This document shows positions 27,715-40,544 of a stretch of 64,000 nucleotides of DNA, piece after piece (the stretch's first letter is position 1; each line of letters starts with the position of its first letter). The DNA lies in NCBI RefSeq assembly GCF_006345805.1, contig NC_043008.1, positions 30,876,001 to 30,940,000 of the forward strand, given 5' to 3'. The translations under genes were made by a program, and so were the position numbers. The notes under the pieces are model-generated. The model was not told where the DNA came from and did no database searches. It saw nothing but the letters and a program-made list of their open reading frames with translations. This stretch comes from Octopus sinensis (Eukaryota).

Positions 27715-27990
27715 AAATACAAACTGGGACAAGAACGTGAAACATTTAGAAGACGATTCAAAAAACACGGACGGGACATTCGAAGCCTTCAATCTTCAGT
27801 CAAGAACCGGATCATCTTCGCAATTTCGGCTGATTAATCTTGAGATTGCTCCGATATGGCCAGCCCCAAAGGAAAATCTAAGCCAAGCACATTAGATTCC
27901 TTGGAAGAAAGCCTCGAATGTATACAAAATAAGGACGGACAAACGGACGATGTTACACGAATAAAAATACAAAATACGTAAAAACAATAA
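27715..27990. mobile_element. Non-coding repeat fragment between TA-rich tracts, possibly Penelope-like pLTR
   Basis: Abrupt switch from (TA)/(TG) microsatellite to complex sequence and back; family assignment is from memory only. Confidence 0.3.
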
Positions 27991-29269
27991 TGATATATAT
28001 ATATAATTTCTTCGTTCTCCGGCAATACCACATGTGTTAGTAAGTAAGGTGCGCTGATTTGTTGAGATATTATAGTACAGTTTATGTTTTTTAAATAATG
28101 CCATTAACTTAAGAACAAATATAACCTAATGAAAAATGATTTCATAAAAACAAGTAATGTAACTACTCACCCAATATTTCACAAGATTTATTCCCTTGTA
28201 CTATTAAACGTTTTCTTCATATACTTCTTTGCAAAGTAAAACGATACTCCTTCATTATCATCTCCTATAACCATGTTTGTTACTATTCTTTTGCAGATAG
28301 AATATAGTACAAAATACCACCTAGTATTCCAAAGAGTAAAAGCAGTCCCGTTAAGATTTTATGTTATAAACCAAACTTTAGTCGTAAGAAATAATATCGC
28401 TAAACATTTTCCAAATATCAGTTTGCTTTCATTTCCGGTAGATATTATAAGATCGTCAACAGAAACTAAGTTAATGTTCACTTTTCCGGCTGAAAAATTT
28501 TCACCTAACTTTTGCAATCTAAAAAGGCTTTTCAGTATCAATAATGGAGCAAATTCTACCAATATTTGCATTATTCCAAACATTTAAGCCTTTAACGGAA
28601 ATTGTCTCGCAATAGTCTTAGTATATAGCAATGATTTACTACTAGTTAGTAGAAGTATACCAAAGACTTACACCAGAATGAATTACTGCGAGTAAATTGA
28701 AAGCACAGTTTTTCAACACATTCGCTCACTCATGGTTCCGTACCATAAAATTCCGATAAGCTAGTCCAAGTTCACTTATTCAAGTTTTGCATGTCTATAT
28801 ATCCCCAGAGTATTCCAACTATTTTCAAAAATATATACTTTCGGTTCTGTTTTTACCTACTTACATCAATAAAAATGTTTAGCAGTTAGAGCTATTTCCT
28901 CTACACATTTATGTATTCTTTACATAGCTACAATTAAAATATTTACTTTTCTATACCTGGTTATATTTCGTTTGAATTTTTAAGAGGAAGTATTGTCATA
29001 ATAATATACTGATTTATTCGGAAGAGCGTCATCTTAGTGTTTATAATCACAACATTTCGGCCTATGTACCTTTTCGTGTATTTGGTGGAAATGTCCCCAG
29101 AAGACAGACAAGCTTGGCTTTTGAATACTGTTCTGGTGTTTGTAGCAGTAGATCTTTATCAGAGGAATGACGGGAAAAATTCAAGTCTGTTGCCCATCCA
29201 ACATCAGTGGATAAAATTAAGTAAGAGTTTTATATTTTTTTTAATTTGAAGCTAACCGCAAACCCTGAG

Positions 29270-29865
29270 TGGACATTTACTCTTCTCTTCGTTCTCATAA
29301 TCTCATCTCGCTCTTTTTTGGACAGACTGTTGGCCAGTGGTGAAAGTGGGTCTTTTATCAAAATGTCAAGCGTCGTAGATATTGGGTTGGTGAAGGGGAA
29401 AAGGCCCAACTACAACCGAATAGGGAACTCAATGCGAAGAAGGTTCTTCTCTCTGTTTGGTGGGATTTCAAAGGAGTCATCCACTTTGACTCGCTACCAA
29501 CTAATGCAACAATCAATGCTCAAATCTACTGTCACAATTAGAGCTTTTGAACGTTGCATTGACGAAAAAAAGGCCTGCTTTCGTGAATCGAAAGGGAGTG
29601 GTGTTTCACGGGGGCAATTCAAGAGCCTACTCTGCAAAAATCATGTCACATGAGATCGAAGAACTGGCTGTGAGAAAATTCTCATCTCCAGACCTTGTTC
29701 CGTCAGATTACCATTTCTTTTGTATTTTACAGAATCATTTAAATGGATTAACTATGGAAACGATTGAGGATGTCTAAACTAACCTTTCAGAGTTCTCGTC
29801 GAAACCAAAACAGTTTTTCACTAATGGAATTAAAAAACTTACGAGTAAATGGAAAGAAATGTAAA
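29270..29865 (+). mobile_element. Mos1-like mariner transposase fossil (catalytic domain)
   Basis: Broken frames give FLDRLLASGE, WVFYQNVKRRRYW, KKVLLSVWWDFKGVIHFDSL, NRKGVVFHGGNSRAY, SPDLVPSDYHFF, FFTNGIKKLTSKWKE. Confidence 0.9.
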
Positions 29866-30116
29866 ATTTGATCACTTGTATTCCTTCTGGCATGATATAC
29901 TAATTCTAATACTTACTCTCTTTAAGGAAGATGCTTAGCCAAGGATATAACATAGATAACATAAGCACACTTACTGTATCAGAAATTTGGGGGAAAGGAA
30001 TGCAACGCTACAAGCTAACAATGTAAGGAAACTTCATGACAGTCACATTTCTTACAAAATACAATTATGTATTGTCATTAAGGCCAAATTTTATGCCACC
30101 CATAAGATAGATACAC

Positions 30117-30225
<109 letters not shown>

Positions 30226-31465
30226 CAGAGAGAGAGAGACATATGTATGAACTAATGGATTATTTATTCGCAAATTTGAATCTAGTCAATATCATTGGAA
30301 AGTTATTTTTCCTTTTGAAACATCTCAGTATATTTTGCCAATGGCATTCAGATTTCAAACTCAACTTTTAGAAAAAGTAATTAAAGCTTAAGAGTTTTAT
30401 TCTTTTTATTGGGTATTTTGATTTTACTGTTTCTTTTATTTTCTTTCAAATTTTAAACTATTAACGCTTTCTTTAAAAATAGCTATATAACCTTTGGGCT
30501 TTTTAATAAAGGCATTGATTTGAGATAATTGTGATGAACAGCACAAAACCCTACAAAATCCTACCTTTTCCCGTTCTTTCTATTATAGATTGTTGCAGAG
30601 TATTATTCCACCGATGTTAATAAACAAGGTTGTATTCTGTATAGATTGTATTAAACTTCTAATCAAATGTATCATCGAGTACCGACCGCAGCCAGAAGAT
30701 ATTATGTATAGAGTACTCTGGGTTTCTTTTTTCATGATTAATTCATGATTAAATGCTGAGGCCATAAGCGCTAATTCAATATAACCAATAGTGAAATAAG
30801 ATTTAATTTATTGATACTGAATCGGTGTGTTTTCTTTTAATATAAAAATTACCTTAATAGTATATATGTGAAACAAGTAAGATGAATGCTGAAATTAAAC
30901 TTATTACATCAAATTTAGGAAATTTAACGATCATTTAAATAAATGTTTACCTTGATTAGCTTACGTAATTAAATTGTAAGCTTGCACACTTCTCTTTTCT
31001 TTAAAAAGTATATATTTATCTTATCTTCTTTAAAAACGTCTCTAATATTCGACTAAGTAAATGATAATGTTATTAATCTTTATTTTTAGATTTATTTGTT
31101 TTTTATCTTTATACTGCAACTGTTACACTTTTTAATGTGAGATTTTGATTGCTATCATTATTAATGCTACCACTCACTGTGGAAATATTAAACTTTAAAC
31201 GGATTTCTTCGCCTCATTTCATTCTGTCTATCAAAAATAGATATTAATTAGATTTGAAAATGTCATGATAATGGTTTTTGCCATCATGACACTAAAGAAT
31301 TTTATTGTTTCTGTTTTTATAATGTTCTATCTCGAAATGTTTCGTGTTTTATTGGTCTTTTCTTGTGGTAAATTATGACCTGTATAAATAAGAAGGAAAC
31401 GGTTGATATGATTGATTTTCTCTTCTGAAGATAATGTGAAGATACAAAGAAATAGTGATTATGCT

Positions 31466-31660
31466 TGTATGTATGTATGTATGTAGGTATGTATGTAGGT
31501 ATGTATGTATGTATGTATGTATGTATGTATGTATGTATGCATGCATGCATGTATGTATCTACGTATGTATGTATGTATGTATGTATGTATGTATGTATGT
31601 ATGTATGTATCCATGCATGTGTGTATGTATGTAAGTATGTATGTATGTATGTATGCATGT
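31466..31660. repeat. (ATGT)n microsatellite
   Basis: Direct reading. Confidence 0.9.
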
Positions 31661-32083
31661 ATGTCTGCATGTATATACATATATATATATGTATGTATGC
31701 GTGTATGTGTTTGGTGGGGGAGGAAAACGTGATGCTAAGTCGATAGATTGTTGCACTCGCGATTACAAGATCGTGGTCTTGATTCCCAGACCACTCAACT
31801 ATAAATGAGTAACACTGGCGTTCCGTTCAATGGGGATGTTGGCCCGCCCGTCTAGCCACGGAAACGAGATCATCCGACAACTACGTCAATGCTAAGAAGC
31901 GCATTGTGACCAGCGGTGTATAACAACATTCGATAGTGTTTCGTTTCCTCTCTCTTCCTTTCTCTAATTCCGTTCTTCCCCTTCATCGTTCTCTATTCGA
32001 TAGTGTATCCTACATACATATATATAGATAGATAGACTTACTTGGAAATGGATGCGTGGCGTTCAATCATATAATAATATAAG

Positions 32084-32121
<38 letters not shown>

Positions 32122-32257
32122 CATGTAAGTTAGAGGTTGTGAATCCAACCGAGTAAGGGATAATATCTATCCAATATACTGCTGGTAGAATACCCAATTA
32201 TTAATAAATGTCTAAAAGTTGATGAACCAACTATCGACCCCCTCCATTTTCTTATTG

Positions 32258-32324
<67 letters not shown>

Positions 32325-32378
32325 CATACATACATACACGCATACATACATACATACAGACATACATACATACATACA

Positions 32379-32410
<32 letters not shown>

Positions 32411-33064
32411 AGTTCATACTTAAACATGAAATATGAAATACGAATACGAAGTACGAAAACAAGGAAAACGAACATTTTTTGCGAACAACGAAAGAAACAA
32501 ATGGAAAACAAGACAAGTAACATAAAGAATGACCCTTCATCAGTTGTTGGTTGTTTTATATATTCCGCATTTCGAACAATTACGACGAGATGTGTCTTCC
32601 ACAAACAGTTACTCCCGCAAAGCAAAATAAAATTTGGGATTTGCGGAGGGTCAAGTTGGTAACAAAAACAGGACAGTGAAAACAAACAGTTAGGGCTACT
32701 AACCCATAACGAGGTGAGGTGGCGAACGCTAGAGGAACAAGTTTTGACAGGAGAAAAGATAGGGTGGGGAGACAGACAAGAATGCATGTGATCTGTATGG
32801 CAGATCAAAAGGAAAGAAAAAATCTCAAGTTAGGAAAAAAAGATGGCTGATGGGCACGTGCGAGCAGTGAGAGAGTAAAGGAGGAAGAGTGGAAAAGAGA
32901 GAGGGACAGACAGAGAACGATGAAAGGGAGAGGAAAATAATCAGAGAAAGGAAGAGAGAAGACACAGAAGGGGGAGAGAGAAGAGTACAGAGAGTCACAT
33001 CAAAATTATTAAGATAAACTTACTTGGAAATGGCTGCGTCGCATTCAATCATATAATAATATAA

Positions 33065-33120
<56 letters not shown>

Positions 33121-33126
<6 letters not shown>

Positions 33127-33745
33127 TAAGGGCTCCTAAATTAGGATGCCGAGTACTGGGAACACAAAAGGGAGATGAATTTATCGAGAGTGAAAATCAA
33201 AAACGTTTACCGATAACTTTACACCTCGGACTGATCAGTTTCTGCCTCTTTCTAGCAAAACACAGAATATGTTTGCTAAGGCTGGCTTCATCAACGAGAC
33301 GCCTAAATTGAATCGAGGTCTGCAGCGATGTGAGACCATGTGTTGATCTCGACTACTAGCAGATCTTAACTTTTAAAATCCCTGCGCAGACGCAAAACTT
33401 ACACGGCAGTATAGGGCATGCCGGGAAGAATTTTACGAATAAATCCATCAAGTAATATGCGAATATAAACAAGAAGGGTAGTAATAATTAGTTACTACCA
33501 AGTGCCCAGCACAAAAGACGAATTAGTCATAAGACAAAATATTAATCATAAAGAAAAATATTATTCATGTAGTAATACAATTTTGTGTTCCCAGTACTCG
33601 GCATCCTAATTTAGGAGCCCTTAATTGTATTACTACATGAATAATATTTTTCTTTATGATTAATATTTTGTCTTATGACTGATTCGTCTTTTGTGCTGGG
33701 CACCTGGTAGTAACTAATTATTACTACCCTTCTTGTTTATATTCG
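33121..33745 (-). mobile_element. Non-coding hammerhead-bearing cassette with inverted junction copy (Penelope pLTR / retrozyme-like), inserted in (TA)n
   Basis: A (33121-33169) is the exact reverse complement of 33581-33629; B (33460-33582) pairs with 33623-33745 with 2 mismatches in 123 bp; (TA)n on both sides. Confidence 0.8.
33225..33298 (-). ncRNA. Type I hammerhead ribozyme candidate with long stem II
   Basis: Minus strand: CUCG-UUGAUGA-A-GCC[inner hairpin UAGCAAA.../...UUUGCUA]GGC-A-GAAA-CUGAUCAGUC^CGAG; stem III ACUGAUCAGU is a perfect 10-nt palindrome; GUC cleavage triplet; deviations are C3U and an A.A pair at the base of stem II. Confidence 0.7.
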
Positions 33746-34187
33746 TATATATATATATATATATATATGCATATATCCATATATACACATATATACATAC
33801 ATATATGTACATACTTACTTATAAGTATATATATATGTATATATGGGTACAAGACATCATAAAACGTAAACAACATGAAATATGGAATACAAACTTTTTG
33901 CAAACAACGAAAGAAACAAATGTGTGTATATAACACACACACACACACACACACCACACACACGCACACACACACATACGGATATTTATAAGAATGAAAG
34001 GATGAGGAAAACATGACAAGAAGACGAGAAATAAGGTACGTATATAATTTTTAGCATCTTCGCTGCTCTTGACAACGTGTAAAAAATACAAACACGCGGC
34101 TACAATCACTCGTACACGTTATTATACAATACACTTCTTATAGATACATGCACTGATATGCACAGATATATAGGTGTTTCCATGGGC

Positions 34188-34226
<39 letters not shown>

Positions 34227-34428
34227 TTATATAAATATTTACAATTATAAATACATAAAGCTATAAATAATAGCGAATAATTATTGAGTTTTAAAAAAGC
34301 TTCTTTAGAGTGTTTAATGTTCATCTCCTACCTGTCTTACACAAAATCTTTGTATTACTAATACGTCATTTTTCTTTACTATTTCAAACGTGTGCCTTTC
34401 TTGCTTCTCCTATCTTATTATCTCCTTA

Positions 34429-34511
<83 letters not shown>

Positions 34512-36263
34512 AATACGTTTAGATGAAGAGTTGATTAATGTAAAGTTCTTGCTAATTATATTGCTATTCACATCAATTAGGAATTGACATATTAACTGGT
34601 TCTAATTAATTTGAGCGGAAGTCAAATTTTGTGAATGCGAGTTCAATTTACGGTCACGACCAAATGTAATCCTTTATGTTACAATTAGATATAAATAATG
34701 TTTTCATCACTAATCTCCGAAAAACAGAGGACTTGTTTGTTTCATACATTTTAATCTGCTTCAATTTAATTCATTTTATCAATCTGCACATGTTTCATAC
34801 CCTCACAGGGAGAAAATATTTCAGTGTTATTGAGACCAAGGTGGTTCGTAGTCCATGTTGTGACCTCAAAAGAAATTCAATTTGCATGGAGAACTAAAAA
34901 TACACCAAAACTCTTGGTCATAGGTACCTAAAATGTGAAAGTGGTTATCATTCTTACAAACAACTAGGATATTGGGGTCTTCGAAACCTTGGTTGAACAG
35001 TATGAAAATGACAACAGATGGATAGTTATCTGCTGTCCACTGTTGGTCAAAACATTTACAGCATGCCTCTATTTTTAGTTCTAAAATTCTATAAAGCATC
35101 TCATCACAGACTTCTAACGCTGCAATATAGTCTCTGACGAAGTTAAATCTCGTGGCGAAATTACTGAATTGCATCGAAGAATATAAATCAGCCACAATGA
35201 GGCTTTTGGGGCGCTTTTCGTCTGTCCCATTCTTGAAGACACCTTCAACATCTAGGTGTCCCGTTGGAAAAGTCAAATGGGTTTCTTTCGCACAAATTGA
35301 CAGTCATTTGAGCTTCAAACAGATTACCGCACAATATTTGTCCCGACTCTCTACGCTTCAGGCTCAATTCCCGCCGAAGTCAATTTTTGGAGTCGGTAAA
35401 AGAGTACCACTCCAAGGTAGTTGGTTGGTAGGACTGTAAGATTGTCCGGTCGAATTACTTGTGGTGTTTGTTCTGGGTTTTTGTCTTTCGAGTTCAAAAT
35501 CTGACAGCCGACTTGGTTGGTGGATACTGTTCACGACCTAGCATCTTGAGAGAATTTAATGGAGTCCCCAAGCATTCGGATCAAGCTTCTGAATTAAAGA
35601 TAATATCCTTCCCACTAGTGTCATTAACTCTCCCCACTGAAAGATAAAATAGAACTTTTGCTTAACTTCGCAAAGTCCAAGAGACACAAAGCAGACAGCC
35701 TTTTCTCAAACTACGTGATCATGATAGCTTTCTAACGCTTACGGATTTTTCAAGTTGTATTAGTATGATCACTGATAGTACATTAATGTACTAACAGTTT
35801 TAGTCTTCTTGAACCAGGAACAGCAAGCAACAGAATCGAAGAAAGAAGGTGCTCTCGTTGTAAACTAACTCGCCGCTATGATAGGGCATACACTACATGA
35901 CAGTCGATATGAATGCTTCTTTCGATTACTCCTCTCGACGAAATAAATTACGAGGTTCAAAATCATTTCGAAATTTTCGAATAGTTAAAGCAAAGTGTAC
36001 ACCAAGTATAGGGAGACATGTTTGTATATAGATTCCCAGATTACGATACACACTGATCGGCAACATAGTCAGAGACTTCAGTATTTCACATAATCAAAAG
36101 TGTTAAGATCATTCTTGCCAAGCTTTTAAACCACTGTTAAATTATTCCAGTAACGTAATAACATCACCAATTATTTCAAGCATCAAACAGTATAAATCTA
36201 TAATGCTGCCCTTATGGACAAGCTTCCTCAATCTCACTACACTGAAGTCCATCTAGCAACATT

Positions 36264-36501
36264 TTTATTTCTTTATTTCCCACAGAGGGCTAAACATAGA
36301 GGGGACAAACAAGGACAGACAAAGGATTAAGTCGATTACCTCGACCACAGTGCGTAACTGGTACTTATTTACATCGACCCCGAGAGGATGAAAAGCAAAG
36401 TCGACCTCAGCGGAATTTGAACTCAGAACATAACAGCAGACGAAATACCGCAAAGCATATCGTCCAGCTTGCTAATGATTCTGCCAGCTTGCCGCTCTTA
36501 A
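36264..36501 (-). mobile_element. SINE family B inserted in the Helitron, with 9-bp TSD
   Basis: AGCAACATT at 36255-36263 and 36502-36510 flanks a reverse-complement family B copy. Confidence 0.9.
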
Positions 36502-36870
36502 AGCAACATTAATAGCATATACCGATGACAATAAACCCAAACTTACAGTATATAAAAAGCAATTCTGCTGCTTTTAACACAGTATTGCTGCAAGAAACTA
36601 AATATGCGTTCTTTATACTCGTGGTGGAACTAGAAAGACATACCTGATTAGTTTATTGCTTGTCCCACCCATCAAAACAAAGCAGCTATTGCAGTTGCTT
36701 CTTTAGATATTGCAACTCACAATCTTTATTCTGCTTTCGAACTTCTCTTGGGTAAAAAAAAGTATAGCTATTTGTAATATTATCAAAACACTGTTGGGAA
36801 CAGCAAAGTTCTTAAGAAATACCAAATGATTCTCCTAGAAGAAAGTACAATTGCTCACCCTGGAGCTTTG

Positions 36871-37734
36871 TACAAAGTGGTATCAAAATGTTCCCGGACC
36901 AGTATTGAAGCGCGCCAACAGATGGCAGCACCTGGTTCCGTGCGCAGTGAGAGGTAGCAGTGACTTCATGACAACGTCTGCCGAGTGACATTGCTGTGTT
37001 CACTTCGCAAGTTGTGAAGTTTGTTTATTTGTGATCACGTGTATGCTATAGTCTGCGATTTTGTCACGGACAGAAACAAAGAGCCAACGTGAAATTTTGA
37101 GTTAAACTTGGAAAGTCTGCCGTAAAGACACTGAGCATGCTGCGGAACGCTCACACGATGAGGCAACGGGTCCAACGTAATGTTTGAGTGGCACAGGTGC
37201 TTCAAAACGGAAAGAACTACGCTGGGAGCCGATGAGCGGAAATGTGGTATTGTGCATCGTCCTCCAGGGTCAGATTGTGAATCGAAAGTTCTACTCCGAC
37301 ATTTTGAAGCGTTTGAGGGAGACCATCCACCAAAAGTAACTGGATCTATGGAGCGCGAGAAATTGGCTTCACGACGAGCACAATGCTGCCTGCCACCGAG
37401 CTCTCCTCACTCGTGCGCCAAAAACAACAAGGTATCGCTTCCGTGGCCGCCCTATTCACTAGATTTAGCACCTGCAGACTTTCATCTCTTCCCCAAGATG
37501 AAAATGCAGCTCAAACATCGCTGTTTTAACGCCGTTGCCGAGATCAAGAGCAAATCCCGAAAGGTCCTCATCTCGCTTATGGAAAACGACTTCCAGGCTG
37601 GATCACAAATGTGACAGGAACGCTTGGATTGGTGTATTGTTGCGCATCTCTTTCGAAAGAGATGATTTTAAAACTTAGGTAAATAAGTTTTATTAAACAT
37701 AACTCGTCTGGAAATTCTTGGATACCAACTCATA
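36871..37734 (+). mobile_element. Internally deleted mariner with both TIRs, inserted at TA in the Helitron helicase
   Basis: TACAAAGTGGTATCAAAATGTTCCCGGAC versus the reverse complement of GTCTGGAAATTCTTGGATACCAACTCATA; WPPYSLDLAPADFHLFPKMK motif; helicase motifs resume on both sides. Confidence 0.9.
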
Positions 37735-37770
37735 TGACTATGGCAGTATATTGCAGAGTTTGCATGACAT

Positions 37771-37921
37771 GAGATTATTCTCAGGTGATTTCTGTCAAAA
37801 TCCACCAGGTAATTATTCTCGGGTGATTTCCATTAGAATCTACCATGTGATTATTCCCAAGTGACTTCCGTCAGAATCTACCAAGTGATTATTCTGAGGT
37901 GATTTCTGTCAAAATCTACTT
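37771..37921 (+). repeat. Four-copy 38-bp minisatellite derived from the helicase GDFxQ motif
   Basis: Units at 37771, 37809, 37847 and 37885 (38, 38, 38, 37 bp), consensus GTGATTATTCTCAGGTGATTTCTGTCAAAATCTACCAG. Confidence 0.9.
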
Positions 37922-38299
37922 GTGATCCCTAAAGGAATCAAAACCTATGAAATCCGGACTTGCTTTAAATTGTCGTAACTTTGGAACAAAATCAAATTCT
38001 TCAAATTATCTACGAACATGAATGTCAATCCTTTTTGGAGATCAGCTGTCTAGTCATTTTGCCAAAACTTTGTTAATTGATGGAGATGGAAAAATTTCCT
38101 TGCAGTAATAATCTACCTCTCATAAGCACAGTTGCTAAGAAAGCACACGAATTGACACAGAAGTTATTTCTCAGCCTGAAACATTATTTAGCCGAAATTT
38201 GAATGTGAACAAAAAGTATTTAGTTCTAGAAACTGACAATAGATGCAAGGACTTCCAGAAAATACTGATGCTCAATCAAATATGAATTCTGTAGACGAG

Positions 38300-38498
38300 G
38301 GCAGTACAATACTGGAGGAGTCATTTTTGTCATGGAGAAGAGAGTTTTGGAAGAGAGGCCTTGCAAGTCTACCAGATAGATGGAATAGCCTTGTAGAATA
38401 TGAAGGAGAGTATATTTTAGATTAAAAAAGAACTTCGTTTATCTTAATTTTGAAAAATAAAAGTATTTAAAAAACGCATTATTTATGGGATGACCCAA
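38300..38498 (+). mobile_element. Mariner 3' remnant
   Basis: EFWKRGLASLPDRWNSLVEYEGEYILD* followed by TIR-like CATTATTTATGGGATGACCCAA. Confidence 0.8.
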
Positions 38499-38775
38499 AA
38501 GATAATAGATAGAGAGAGAGAGAGAGATCAGAAAATACACATACAAACAAGCAAATATATTAACGCAAGTATATGAATACACATACGTATACATATGCAA
38601 ATATATGTATGTGCGTGTATAGATCTATAATACTACACACTTATAATTGCTATCACATGCACATACGACACACTCTTGCCAATATAAGTAAAACATATAC
38701 ATGTAATAAGCCCCACATACATTATTGCAAGTTCATATGTGAGCGTGTAGGATATATAGAAATATAAACAACATT

Positions 38776-39185
38776 GCGCAGGTATGGCTGTGTAGTAAGA
38801 AGTTTGCCTCCCAGTCACACAGTTCTGGATTCAGTTCCACTGCGTGCCACCTTGGGCAAATGTCTTCTACTATAGCTTTGGGCTGGCCAAAACATTGTGA
38901 GTGAATTTGGAGCCGGAAACTAAAAGAAAACCTTCGTATACGTGTGTGTGTGTGTGTGTGAGTTTGTGTCTTTGCGTCTGTCCCCCACCACTACTTATCA
39001 ACCGGTGCTGGTTTGTTCATGTTCCAGTAACTTAATGGTTCAGCAAAAGAGGGCGATAGAATAAGTACTAAGTATCGGGTTGAAAATAATAAGCATTGGG
39101 GGTCGATTCGTTCGACTAAAATTCTTCAAGACAGTTCCCCAACCTGGCTGCAATCTAATGACTGAAACAAGTAAAAGATAGAAAG
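38776..39185 (+). mobile_element. SINE family A, diverged copy
   Basis: Collinear with 784-1189; internal (GT)n. Confidence 0.85.
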
Positions 39186-40452
39186 AAAAAAAGGTGCTTT
39201 ATTATGTGAATACAAAGGTATATAACATTCATTCAATCATATTCATTTCAAGCATATATTCATGCATGCACGCTCACTGATGCGCATGCCTATATACTCA
39301 CATAAGCGTACAACCAAACACCCAGACATATTACTTTATACGGCTGCTTACAGACGCGCACAATACAAGTACACACTGGAAACGTAGAACAATGTGAAAG
39401 GAAAGCATCTGAATATAGCAGGTCGTGCGTAGGTCGTTAATAAAATTAGAAGAGGTATGGATTATTTAAGTAAATCAGACATGAATGAGGTTTTAATGAA
39501 TGAAAGCAGCACAGCGTGAGGATTGTAATAAACTCAGTAAAACATGTGCAAGTAAACGAGAAGCATTTGTAAATGTTACAATAGGCAATGTTTGGGAATA
39601 TGATTTAAGCGTGTGTGTGTGTATGTATGTGTGCGCGTACATGTCCTATTAGAGACATGTATATAGAGGATGAGGAGACGAGGAGCTGGAAATGTCGTAG
39701 ATCAAGAACGTGATAATGTGACAATAGATGAAAAGCAAAGGTGCCACAATGACAGTGGAAGTATACGAAATCTGAAAATGTATAGGGTGATTTTGACTCG
39801 TGTCAAAGTCCCATGAGAATGATAACATTATTAGTAGACAAAGGCAAGAGACATGTTATAGGCTTCCTTTCACATAAGCAAGAGGAAATTAATACCAGTT
39901 TCGAATTCAAATGATGTTACGCCGGTGTCATAATGTAATATTTCTCTGACATAAATAGCACATAGTCGAAGCCGTTCATACGTACAAGTGCAGATTCAGT
40001 CAATGACCTTCCTTTTTTTGTCTTTTGTCTCTTTGTTTTTTACTCTCCTACTTTTTCCTCTACCCGTTTCCCTGTTTCCTACATTCATGCACCATTTTTT
40101 ACAAATTATTCAAGGTTTCTTGCAGATTCACATATGTGAAATTATATATTATTTTATACGAGTGCGACCATATCTTATGCGTGTTTATGGGTATGTTGTT
40201 TTTGTGTATGCGCATGCGGTTATTGTTTGACTCGAAGTCTACAGAATGTATATGAGTGCAGGTATGTGATTATATCTGCATAATACTTTTACATGTGAAT
40301 GGGCTGTGTAAGTATGTCTGTATGAATATATATATATATATATATATACCGGAGTAAACACATAAATGTGAAACAAGGTGGAAAAAAGAGTACTCAAATA
40401 CCAGTGGTAGAGTAATATGCTTTATTTTAAGCAGCAGAAAATTCAACAAAAC

Positions 40453-40490
40453 CTGTTACTCTGAGTTTCTCGTTGCCGTTCATCAGACAG
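40453..40490 (-). ncRNA. Minimal type I hammerhead ribozyme candidate (left arm)
   Basis: CUGU-CUGAUGA-ACG(GCAA)CGA-GAAA-CUCAGAGUA^ACAG on the minus strand. Confidence 0.7.
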
Positions 40491-40506
40491 TTTTTGCTAG
40501 CAAAAA

Positions 40507-40544
40507 CTGTCTGATGAACGGCAACGAGAAACTCAGAGTAACAG
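40507..40544 (+). ncRNA. Minimal type I hammerhead ribozyme candidate (right arm)
   Basis: CUGU-CUGAUGA-ACG(GCAA)CGA-GAAA-CUCAGAGUA^ACAG: canonical CUGAUGA and GAAA core, stem I CUGU/ACAG, GNRA-type loop II, quasi-palindromic stem III ACUC(A)GAGU. Confidence 0.72.

Larger units (their letters stand above)
34700..38260 (+). mobile_element. Helitron RepHel fossil (Rep C-terminus plus PIF1-like helicase), with nested insertions
   Basis: Ordered plus-strand motifs: VSYILICF (decayed HUH, cf. PHAHILIWL), RSPCCDLKRNSICMEN (cf. HGPCG.LNPNSPCM), DNRWIVxxCPLLVKTF, ISHNEAFGALF, GGTRKTYLISLLL (Walker A), QMILLEESTIAHPGAL (Walker B), LFSGDFCQ, VIPKG...LWNKIKFFKLSTNM, FAKTLLIDGDGK. Confidence 0.9.

Noticed and set aside
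27775-27810. Minus-strand CUGAAGA...GAAUGUC
   Set aside because: Lacks GAAA and stem I pairing.
28297-28383. 87-nt exon candidate (TTTTGCAG...GTAAGA); similar weak candidates at 57674-57707 and from 59799
   Set aside because: Splice-like signals only, with no recognisable protein or coherent model; expected by chance in AT-rich DNA.
32530-32590. Minus-strand CUGAUGA in a repeat fragment between microsatellites
   Set aside because: No GAAA/stem III in a geometry that completes a hammerhead.
34866-35276. 136-aa minus-strand ORF with an HUH-like NHFHIL motif, suggesting a parvovirus-like Rep
   Set aside because: The plus strand over the same interval gives ordered Helitron motifs (DNRWIV, ISHNEAF), so this is an antisense shadow.
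37771-37921. CRISPR-like 38-bp repeats
   Set aside because: Units are contiguous with no spacers, the context is eukaryotic, and they derive from helicase coding sequence.
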